Made by a program: the position numbers and the translations under genes. Under the pieces are notes generated by a model that searched no databases, had not been told where the DNA came from, and was given only the letters and a program-made list of their open reading frames with translations. From positions 1-14,764 of the forward strand of contig JAWANB010000009.1 of the NCBI GenBank assembly GCA_038895675.1: a DNA stretch of 14,764 bases, read 5' to 3'. The DNA is from Candidatus Iainarchaeum sp. (lineage in GTDB: Archaea > Iainarchaeota > Iainarchaeia > Iainarchaeales > Iainarchaeaceae). Position 1 is the first letter of the stretch; the number at the start of each line of letters is the position of its first letter. Below, piece by piece: positions 1 through 6,949 of the stretch.

Positions 1-210
1 TATTGGGTTGTACTTTACTTTGTAATTGATTGCTGTGCATGCTTCGTTTTGTATTGCTTGTATTGAAATTAGGTCTTTTTCTATTTTTTCTAAGTCTGGT
101 CTTAGGTATGTAAAATTGTTTATTAGCCAGTATAATGCTATTATTGTTGCTATTGTTATTGCTAACCAAATTATTACTTCGTTTGTTATGCTTCCTTTGT
201 TTGTTTTCAT
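1..210 (-). CDS. Type IV pilin-like protein with class III signal peptide (3' end outside window; missing from ORF track)
   Basis: Manual translation from ATG at 210: MKTNKG|SITNEVIIWLAITIATIIALYWLINNFTYLRPDLEKIEKDLISIQAIQNEACTAINYKVKYNPI..., open to the window edge. It has a short basic leader ending KG, Glu at +5 and a hydrophobic helix. It starts 3 nt after the stop of 214..627. Confidence 0.8.
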   Translation of the reverse strand, partial: MKTNKGSITNEVIIWLAITIATIIALYWLINNFTYLRPDLEKIEKDLISIQAIQNEACTAINYKVKYNPI

Positions 211-213
211 AAT

Positions 214-627
214 TTAACCCTTGCATTCAATGTTTGCTGTTCCGTTTGCTTTTTCTATATAGCACTTGTATTCTGCTATGTTGAAAGCTGCTTTGTGTTC
301 TGGTGTGTCTAAGTTTAGTTCGTAGTCATTTATTCCGCATTTAATGCTTATGCATTTGTTTTCGTTTGCATAACTTATGCAAATAGATTTTTTTGTTTTG
401 TTTGCTTGTATTTTTGAGCCGCTTGCTAATTTCACTTTTTCTGATAATAGCATTCCTTCGTCTCCTGAACAAACAAAGTCTGTCATTTGTCCTATTTTGT
501 TTATTGTGTTTTCTAATTCTTGTGTTTTTGCTTTTTCTTGCATGTCAATTATTATTGTTCCTATTATGACTATGCCGAAAAGGGCTGAGACTACACCTGC
601 GTAAAGCCATATTGATTGTTCCATCAT
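214..627 (-). CDS. Pilin-like membrane-anchored secreted protein (N-terminal TM helix, 6 Cys), no prepilin leader
   Basis: 137 aa: MMEQSIWLYAGVVSALFGIVIIGTIII, then an amphipathic helix and a Cys-containing beta-rich region. The ATG overlaps the sdaAA stop (TAATG at 629-625). An in-frame stop three codons upstream rules out a longer leader. Confidence 0.7.
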   Translation of the reverse strand: MMEQSIWLYAGVVSALFGIVIIGTIIIDMQEKAKTQELENTINKIGQMTDFVCSGDEGMLLSEKVKLASGSKIQANKTKKSICISYANENKCISIKCGINDYELNLDTPEHKAAFNIAEYKCYIEKANGTANIECKG

Positions 628-1517
628 TATACTTTAGGTTTTATTAAATTAAATATTTGATTGTTGCAATTGTTTAGTTTTATTTTTAGTGCTGTTTCTG
701 TTGTTGCTAAGCCACCTTTTGAGGTTTCTCTTAATTCTAGTGGTAGTTTTTTGCCTATTCTTAACATTGTGTCTACTACTTCGTTAAATGGTACTGCGCT
801 TTCTATTCCTGCTAACGCCATTTCTGCAGAAGCAAAAGAGTTTGCTACTGCTATCGCGTTTCTTTTTATGCATGGAACTTCAACCAAGCCTGCTATTGGG
901 TCACACGCCAATCCTAAGTAGCTTTTTAGTGTTATTGCTGCTGCGTTTAGTGCTTGTTTTTTTGTTCCTTCACAAAATTCTACTATTGCTGCTGATGTCA
1001 TTGCAGCGCTTGCCCCTATTTCTGCTCCACAGCCTGCGACTGCTGCTGCAAATGTTGCTCTTTCTTGTATTATTAACCCTATTCCTGCTGCTGTTAGTAG
1101 TGCTTTTATTCCTTTTTCTTTGTTGTTGTTTATTTCTTCCATCATTGCTATTGTTGCTCCTGGTAATATTCCGCAACTTCCTGCTGTTGGTGCTGCTACT
1201 ATTATTCCCATTGAGGCGTTTACTTCTGAGACTGCTAAAGCATATGCTATTGCTTTTGTTGTGAGTTCGTTAAGCAATACTTTTTTTGTTCTTGTTTTTT
1301 CGTAAAATTTTTTTGCGTTTCCTTTGACAAGTCCGCTTTTTGTTGTTATTTCTTCTTTTATCCCTTTTTTTGCTGCTTTTTCCATTATTTCGAGTCTTTT
1401 TTGCATTTCTTTCATTATTTCTTTTTCGTTTTTTCTTTGTATTTGGCATTCTCTTTCTAATGTTGTTTTCCATATTGTTTTGTTTGAGTTGATTAGTGTT
1501 TTCCAAAATTCTGTCAT
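627..1517 (-). CDS. sdaAA: L-serine dehydratase, iron-sulfur-dependent, alpha subunit
   Basis: Motifs SEVNASMGIIVAAPTAGSCGILPG, GCGAEIG, LGLACDPIAGLVEVPCIKRN (three Fe-S Cys) and LRETSKGGLATT. The start was moved from 1643 to the ATG at 1517 (MTEFWK, 296 aa), which overlaps the sdaAB stop as ATGA. Confidence 0.93.
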   Translation of the reverse strand: MTEFWKTLINSNKTIWKTTLERECQIQRKNEKEIMKEMQKRLEIMEKAAKKGIKEEITTKSGLVKGNAKKFYEKTRTKKVLLNELTTKAIAYALAVSEVNASMGIIVAAPTAGSCGILPGATIAMMEEINNNKEKGIKALLTAAGIGLIIQERATFAAAVAGCGAEIGASAAMTSAAIVEFCEGTKKQALNAAAITLKSYLGLACDPIAGLVEVPCIKRNAIAVANSFASAEMALAGIESAVPFNEVVDTMLRIGKKLPLELRETSKGGLATTETALKIKLNNCNNQIFNLIKPKV

Positions 1518-1969
1518 TGTATCACTTTTGCTTTTATTGGCTCTAATATTTTTGGTTCTATTATTTTTGTCATTTTGAATGTTATTAGGCCTCCGCCTAT
1601 TGAGTTGCCTTTGCCTATGTATGTTCCTTCTGTTGTTTTGCATATTATTTTTGTTGAATTCGGGTGTTTTTTTTGGTCGTGTTTTTTCACGAACTTTATT
1701 TTCATTCCCATGGCTTTTGCTATTTTCATTGAGTCTTTTAGGGTTTCATCATCTGTTTTGATTCCTATTAGGCCTCCGACTATTGCTGTTTTTGTTCCGT
1801 GTCCTTCTCCTGTGTCTGCAAAGGAATTGTACAATATTATTTTGGCTTTTTTGAGTTTGCCTTTTATTTGTTTTTTCATTTCTAAGCCTATTTTGGTTGC
1901 TCCTGCTGTGTGTGATGAGCTTGGTCCTACCATTATTGGTCCTATTATGTCAAAGGCACTTGTTTGCAT
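1514..1969 (-). CDS. sdaAB: L-serine dehydratase, iron-sulfur-dependent, beta subunit (short, no C-terminal ACT domain)
   Basis: Signature SAFDIIGPIMVGPSSSHTAGA, LYNSFADTGEGHGT..AIVGGL, HPNS and G.SIGGG. 151 aa, ending about 22 residues after SIGGG. Confidence 0.93.
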   Translation of the reverse strand: MQTSAFDIIGPIMVGPSSSHTAGATKIGLEMKKQIKGKLKKAKIILYNSFADTGEGHGTKTAIVGGLIGIKTDDETLKDSMKIAKAMGMKIKFVKKHDQKKHPNSTKIICKTTEGTYIGKGNSIGGGLITFKMTKIIEPKILEPIKAKVIQ

Positions 1970-2058
1970 TCTTATGTTGTTTTTTTGTGTGCTTATATGT
2001 TTTATTGTTCATTTGCATACCTGTAATGTTTATATTTTTGTGAATCGTTATTTAGTTC
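1970..2058. promoter_or_regulatory. Divergent archaeal promoter region with two TATA-like boxes
   Basis: Plus-strand TTTATAT at 2029-2035 lies about 24 nt before ATG 2059. Minus-strand CATATAAG (1999-1992) lies about 23 nt before ATG 1969. No obvious RBS, consistent with leaderless transcripts. Confidence 0.5.
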
Positions 2059-2463
2059 ATGGAAATGCCTATTCAGATTTTTATTACTCTTTTTGTTATT
2101 ATTGTGGTAGGTGCTTTAGTGATAATGTTTAGTCAAGAGTTGATTGGAAAGGCCGAGTCTGATGTTGGTAAGTTTGGTAAGAACAATGACTCCTCTGATT
2201 TTGGGCTTTTGGAAGTAAAGTCTTTGGATGCTTCTCAAGTAGCTTCTTTGGTTGAAAAGTGTAATGCTGAAAACTATGGACAAAGTTTAAATACTAAGAC
2301 GTGTTATATTGTTCGTTCTGATGTGCCTTTTAATATTTCGAGAGGTGATGTTGCTTCAAAGCTTTCTTCTCAAGACATGCTTGCTGAGAGTTTTGATGCA
2401 CAAGGTAAAACGATTTATGTTGTTTGGGATTCTTTAGCAGCAAAGGTTGTGGTTAAGACATGA
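2059..2463 (+). CDS. Pilin-like protein beginning directly at the mature-type N-terminus (no class III leader)
   Basis: MEMPIQIFITLFVIIVVGALVIMFSQ matches the post-KG N-terminus of the next gene. It has one Cys pair and an in-frame TAG at 2053-2055. Confidence 0.75.
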   Translation: MEMPIQIFITLFVIIVVGALVIMFSQELIGKAESDVGKFGKNNDSSDFGLLEVKSLDASQVASLVEKCNAENYGQSLNTKTCYIVRSDVPFNISRGDVASKLSSQDMLAESFDAQGKTIYVVWDSLAAKVVVKT

Positions 2464-3008
2464 GGCAAAAAGGTATGGAGATGGCAATTCAAATTTTTAT
2501 CGTGCTTTTTGTTTTGTTAGCCGTTTCTATGCTTGTGCTTCAGCTTGTTTCTCAACAATTCACTGAACAGCAGACTAAGCTTCAAGATGTGCAAAGAAAA
2601 GCTAAGCTTGATCAGGAAATAAGCAAAAACAGGTCTACTTGTGAGTCTCTTTGTAATATTGGAACTGAAGAGAAAAGAGCTCAATTTTGTATAAAGTCTT
2701 TTAGTTTTGCAGAGAACTCTACTTTAGCAAAACAGAATAGTGAAGATTTTATTGCCGGCGTTGGTGTTTGCGAGGATAAAGTTTATTGTCCTATGCTTAC
2801 TACTTGTAGAGTTGGTACTGAGACCTTGGATATGGCTAATTGTAAAAAAGTTCTTTGTAATTATTGGACTGGCATGTTAGGCAGTAAAGAAAGGGCTACT
2901 GAGAGACTTCAGCAATTCATTCAGCCTGGCGCTTGTTATGATGCTGAAAAAGAAGACTCTGCCAATCACTGGTTTAATGTCTTTTTTCAAGGGAATCTCG
3001 AGTGTTAA
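2460..3008 (+). CDS. Cys-rich type IV pilin-like protein with class III signal peptide
   Basis: MRQKG|MEMAIQIFIVLFVLLAVSMLVLQLV, followed by a long helix and a globular domain with 10 Cys. ATGA overlap with the upstream gene. Confidence 0.8.
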   Translation: MRQKGMEMAIQIFIVLFVLLAVSMLVLQLVSQQFTEQQTKLQDVQRKAKLDQEISKNRSTCESLCNIGTEEKRAQFCIKSFSFAENSTLAKQNSEDFIAGVGVCEDKVYCPMLTTCRVGTETLDMANCKKVLCNYWTGMLGSKERATERLQQFIQPGACYDAEKEDSANHWFNVFFQGNLEC

Positions 3009-3054
3009 ACAGATTATTTTTTATTTAATTTAGTGTATTGATTTTTAGGTTTTA

Positions 3055-4908
3055 ATGCGTGGTAATGCTGTTGCTTTGGTCATTATTGGTTTGCTTGTTG
3101 CTGTTGTTGTTTTAGTGACTTTGCAGTCTACCCCAGTTGTTCCTTCTGTTATTGATCCTAATTCTTCTCAAAAAGTAGTTTCTGAAGTAAAAATTTCTCT
3201 TGAGAAAGCAACAAAGGATTCAGTTGCTGATTTGATGCGTAATGGTTTTTCCGAATCTGGCGATCCTTGGTTTTTGAATGGCCTTAATGTTCCTTCTATT
3301 GAAGGCTTTAAGAATTCTGTTTCTTCTGTTGCTGAAAATAATTTAGAGAATACTCTCAATGATTTGTCAAGAGCAAGGGGTTACAATTTTTCTAACAAGT
3401 CTATTTCTGTTGTTTCTTCTAATAATACTTTGCAAGCAAGAGCAGAAGTTATTGCTTCTGTTAAAGATGGCGATATTCAAAAGGATTTCAAAATTGATAA
3501 TAGTTTTGATTTGTGGCCAGAGGCTTTAGAAATGCATTCTAAAATGTCTGAATGGAGTCCTGAAATGGCTAATTTTAACAAAGAAGTGGCTGAATTGATT
3601 GATAGCCTTGGTAGTTGTCAAATTGCGCAATGTGCTTGTTCTTCTTTTGAAAACATTCCTATGAATAGTCCTGAAAAAATTGACAGTACTTTTTTTTCTG
3701 CTAATGATTTCAGGCCAAAATTAGATGCTTTATTGTCTCAAAAAATCGCAAGGCTAAATGAAAAGTTCGTTGATTCTGGTATTTCCTGTAGGTACGAGTA
3801 TAAAGATTTGGTTATTGATAGAGATATAACTTATTCTCAAGTTTGTTTTCCAACTGATAATATTCCTAATTTGCAAAAGCATTGGTGTATTACTGGGCGT
3901 GTGAGGGAAAGTAATGACCCAAATTTTTCTATTTGGTGGGAAATGCTTGAGCAAAAGTTTCCTGCAAAACAAATTGTAAGGCAGAATCCAGAAGGTTTTT
4001 CTAGTTCCGTTAGCATGCCTGTTAATTCGTTTAAGGTTTGTAAGGATCCTATTACTAAAGATGATCAATATACTGATGAACGTATTGTTGTGAATCCTAA
4101 AGCTTATGTTGATGTTGCTGTTATTTGTGAAAATCCTCGGATTTCAATTTCTATTTCTTCTGGTGTTGAGTCTTTGAAAGCTGAAGCAAGGTTTGTTGCT
4201 GCTGTAAGACAACAATGCGCTATTAATGATTTGCGTAAAAGTGGTAATGATCGAGATACTGTTGAACCAGCTTGTTTGGGTAAAAGTACTACTCCTATTG
4301 TTAAGTGTCATATTAATTCTGATTGTATTCCTGATGAACTTGAGCGTTTTATTGTGTATGATAAGGACCCATATTCAGGTGTTTGTGTTTCTATACCTGG
4401 CAAAGAACCTATAAATTGTAAGTTAGAGTGTGATAAAAGTGATGCTGGGTGCAATACTATTTGTACTTCTTATAAATGTGTGAAAGATACAAGAGTTCCT
4501 CCTGATTTATTAAGGGAGGGTTATGGAGTTTGTGATATTTTGCCTATTCTTAATTGTAAAAGTAATGATCCATGTAACCCTAGTTATTGTGACGAGTCAA
4601 ATGGCGGTTGTGTTTCAAAACCTTATTGTTCTCGTTCAACTAAATTACCTACTTGTGGTGCAGAACAGGTTTGCACAATAGACAATACAGGAAAACCAAC
4701 TTGTACAGTTAAGCTAGATTCGATTTATACTGATTGTACTGCTGTTAGTGTTCCGAATTGTAAAGTTCCTACTTGTGTCGCAAAAACTTCTGATAATATA
4801 ACAACCTATTCTTGTGGTTTTGGTCAGAAAGAGTGTCCGCCTGTTAATTCTATTCCTTATTTTTGTGATCCTGCTGATGGTATTTGTAAGCCTCAGTATA
4901 TAGGTTGA
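3055..4908 (+). CDS. Large Cys-rich surface protein (candidate minor pilin or adhesin)
   Basis: 617 aa. MRG|NAVALVIIGLLVAVVVLVTL gives a minimal class III-like leader plus TM helix. I counted 34 Cys, 24 of them in the last ~200 aa in repeated units. AGGT lies upstream of the ATG. Confidence 0.75.
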   Translation: MRGNAVALVIIGLLVAVVVLVTLQSTPVVPSVIDPNSSQKVVSEVKISLEKATKDSVADLMRNGFSESGDPWFLNGLNVPSIEGFKNSVSSVAENNLENTLNDLSRARGYNFSNKSISVVSSNNTLQARAEVIASVKDGDIQKDFKIDNSFDLWPEALEMHSKMSEWSPEMANFNKEVAELIDSLGSCQIAQCACSSFENIPMNSPEKIDSTFFSANDFRPKLDALLSQKIARLNEKFVDSGISCRYEYKDLVIDRDITYSQVCFPTDNIPNLQKHWCITGRVRESNDPNFSIWWEMLEQKFPAKQIVRQNPEGFSSSVSMPVNSFKVCKDPITKDDQYTDERIVVNPKAYVDVAVICENPRISISISSGVESLKAEARFVAAVRQQCAINDLRKSGNDRDTVEPACLGKSTTPIVKCHINSDCIPDELERFIVYDKDPYSGVCVSIPGKEPINCKLECDKSDAGCNTICTSYKCVKDTRVPPDLLREGYGVCDILPILNCKSNDPCNPSYCDESNGGCVSKPYCSRSTKLPTCGAEQVCTIDNTGKPTCTVKLDSIYTDCTAVSVPNCKVPTCVAKTSDNITTYSCGFGQKECPPVNSIPYFCDPADGICKPQYIG

Positions 4909-4910
4909 TT

Positions 4911-5357
4911 TTATATTGAGCGATAAATTAGCTTGTGCATTTCATTTTTCGAAAGTTCTTTGTCAGAGTTTTTGGTTTTGCTTTGTTGTTGTGTTTTTTT
5001 TAGTTTTCCGTTGCTGAAGGACTTTAGGTCTTCTATTGCTTCTTTGAGTCCAATTATTTCTGTGCTGCCTGTGACTTTAAAGTCTTCTAATTTGACAATT
5101 TTTGTTTTTAGTTGTTTTATTTCATTTTCAAGTTCTTGAATTCTTTTGTGTGCTAAATTTAATTTGCTTTCGTAAACTGAGAGTTTGCCTGAAAAATTGG
5201 AAACTTCAGGCGAAACAATATTTTCAAGGTTATTGTCGTTTTTATCAAAATTTGTTTGTTCTTTTTTTATTTTACTTTTATCGATAAAATATAGCAATAA
5301 ATTTCCTAAAAGCATTGAAAAGACGAATATAAGCAAAAAAGTGGTTGTTGCGTCCAT
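4911..5357 (-). CDS. Hypothetical membrane protein with N-terminal TM helix and coiled coil
   Basis: 148 aa. Hydrophobic FLLIFVFSMLLGNLLLYFI and heptad-like LNLAHKRIQELENEIKQLKTKIVKLE. A TATA-like box lies 23 nt upstream. Confidence 0.75.
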   Translation of the reverse strand: MDATTTFLLIFVFSMLLGNLLLYFIDKSKIKKEQTNFDKNDNNLENIVSPEVSNFSGKLSVYESKLNLAHKRIQELENEIKQLKTKIVKLEDFKVTGSTEIIGLKEAIEDLKSFSNGKLKKTQQQSKTKNSDKELSKNEMHKLIYRSI

Positions 5358-5380
5358 AATGTTAATGCGTTTAAAAAAGA

Positions 5381-5388
5381 ATTTAAAT
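5381..5388. promoter_or_regulatory. Palindromic TATA-like box ATTTAAAT between a divergent CDS and tRNA
   Basis: Exactly 23 nt from ATG 5357 (-) and 23 nt from the tRNA 5' end at 5412 (+). A purine-rich BRE-like run (AAAAAAGA) lies immediately upstream on the + strand. Confidence 0.55.
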
Positions 5389-5411
5389 AAAGTAGTTTTA
5401 TTTTATTTTTG

Positions 5412-5485
5412 GGGGCCGTAGTATAGCTTGGTTAGTACTTACGCTTGGGGTGCGTACAACCTGAGTTCAAATCTCAGCGGCCCCA
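5412..5485 (+). tRNA. tRNA-Pro(GGG), intronless, CCA not encoded
   Basis: Acceptor stem GGGGCCG/CGGCCCC with discriminator A. D arm GTAT-AGCTTGGTTA-GTAC. Anticodon arm TACGC-TTGGGGT-GCGTA. T arm CTGAG-TTCAAAT-CTCAG. The G1-C72 acceptor is the archaeal/eukaryotic tRNA-Pro type. Confidence 0.96.
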
Positions 5486-5809
5486 TTAGTGTTTCCAAGT
5501 TTTGATGAGTTTTCTCATGCCAAAATAAAAGTCTTTTATGTTTTCTTGTTTTGGTTTAGTAAATTTGTTTTTTGAAAAAATTTTTATTGAGTTAAAGTCT
5601 ATTTTTCCATTTTGGTTTGTTTCAAAATAAAATTTTTTAGGGCCTAATTGTGTGCTGAGGAAAATAGTGAAAGTGTGTTTTTCTTTTTTGTGTTTTTTGC
5701 TTTTTTCTACTACTGGTACGAGGCTTTTGTTTCCTTTTTTTATTTCTTCAAAGAAATGTGGAGGAAGAAATAGTAATGGTGATTCAACTTGTTTTTTTTC
5801 TTTTTGCAT
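5486..5809 (-). CDS. Small Lys/Phe-rich hypothetical protein
   Basis: Likely start MQKEKKQVESP at 5809 (107 aa). The ORF-track start at 5947 would overlap the GTPase head-to-head. It fills the gap between the tRNA and the GTPase. No recognisable motif. Confidence 0.55.
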   Translation of the reverse strand: MQKEKKQVESPLLFLPPHFFEEIKKGNKSLVPVVEKSKKHKKEKHTFTIFLSTQLGPKKFYFETNQNGKIDFNSIKIFSKNKFTKPKQENIKDFYFGMRKLIKTWKH

Positions 5810-5881
5810 AGAAGTCGTACAAATATGGGTGTTGGAGTTTAAAAAAATGATTAAAAGGGTTTTATTAATAAGAAATTTTGT

Positions 5882-6949
5882 ATGACTACGAATGCTGGTC
5901 CTGAATTTTTTGCTGCTCAAAAAAAGTATCAAGAGGCAAGTACGCACGAAGCTAAGCTTGAAGCGTTAAAGGAGATGTTGAGGTTTGCTCCTAAGCACAA
6001 GTCTAGCGAGAATTTAGTTGCCGAAATAACTTTCAAAATTGCTAAGTTGAAGAAGGAATTAGAAAGGCAGAAAGAGTTGCAGGCAAAAAAAGGGAGCGGT
6101 GCTTCTCTTAATATAAAGAAGGAAGGCGCCGGTCAAGTTGTTATAGTCGGAATGCCTAATAGTGGTAAAAGTACTTTGTTGAAAAATCTTACTAATGTTA
6201 ACGTTGAAATAGCGCCTTATCCTTTTACTACTACAAAGCCAGAAGTTGGTATGATGAATTATGAAGGTGCCTTGGTTCAGATTGTTGAGGTTCCTGCGAT
6301 AGTAGAAGGTAGTAGTGAGGGAAAGGCTAATGGTACGCAATTATTAAGTTTGGTGAGGAATGCTGACGCAATAATATTGTTATATCGTAGTTTGGAAGAA
6401 AAGGATTTAGTAGTAAAGGAGTTGGAAAAAGCTAATATAGTGGTTGTGAGGTCTAAGCCGAAAATAACTATTCAGCATAATAGTTTTAATGGTTTGAACG
6501 TTTCTGGAAAAAATTTTTTGAAGATTTCTGAGGAAAGGCTTTTGGAATTATTGAAAAAGTACGGGGTTCAAAATTGTGATGTTATATTAGAGGAAGAAGC
6601 TACTGAGGAAAAAATAGTAGAGGTCTTGGAATCTAATACTGATTATAAGCCGTGTCTTTTTTTGCAAACAGGTTTTGAATATAAGTTAAATGATTTGAAA
6701 GAGCGCATATTCAAGTTGTTGAATAAAATAATAGTTTACACTAAAAAGCCTGGTTTTGAGCCTGATTTGAGTAAGCCGTTAGTTCTAAAGGAAGGTTCTA
6801 CGATAAAAGATGCTGCTGAATTAGTTCATAAGGAAATAGCTAAAAATCTTAAGTATGCGAGGCTTTGGGGTTCTGCAAAGTTTCCAGGGCAGAGAGTTTC
6901 AAAGGATTATAAGTTGCAGAACAAAGACATAATAGAAATAAACGCCTAA
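5882..6949 (+). CDS. OBG-superfamily DRG/Rbg1-like GTP-binding protein with C-terminal TGS domain
   Basis: N-terminal helical hairpin (LRFAPKHKSSE), IKKEGAGQV, G1 GMPNSGKS, G2 YPFTT and a TGS domain (IIVYTKKPG...GSTIKDAAELVHK...YARLWGSAKFPGQRV...LQNKDIIEI). G3 reads EVPA and no NKxD motif is visible. Confidence 0.92.
   Translation: MTTNAGPEFFAAQKKYQEASTHEAKLEALKEMLRFAPKHKSSENLVAEITFKIAKLKKELERQKELQAKKGSGASLNIKKEGAGQVVIVGMPNSGKSTLLKNLTNVNVEIAPYPFTTTKPEVGMMNYEGALVQIVEVPAIVEGSSEGKANGTQLLSLVRNADAIILLYRSLEEKDLVVKELEKANIVVVRSKPKITIQHNSFNGLNVSGKNFLKISEERLLELLKKYGVQNCDVILEEEATEEKIVEVLESNTDYKPCLFLQTGFEYKLNDLKERIFKLLNKIIVYTKKPGFEPDLSKPLVLKEGSTIKDAAELVHKEIAKNLKYARLWGSAKFPGQRVSKDYKLQNKDIIEINA

Noticed and set aside
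1518..1643. 42-aa Asn/Arg-rich N-terminal extension of sdaAA, or a frameshift fusing beta and alpha
   Set aside because: It lies inside sdaAB in another frame, and the T-poor coding strand rarely makes stops. The ATGA overlap at 1514-1517 is a better start. No canonical slippery heptamer follows the last conserved beta motif.
26..2132. Many plus-strand Phe/Leu/Ile-rich ORFs (26..217, 377..604, 661..921, 788..1264, 1575..2132 etc.) and short alternative-frame minus ORFs
   Set aside because: They are shadows of well-supported minus-strand genes, produced by the T/A strand skew.
5810..5947. Long N-terminus of ORF 5486..5947 overlapping the GTPase
   Set aside because: The ATG at 5809 leaves a normal 72-nt divergent promoter gap.
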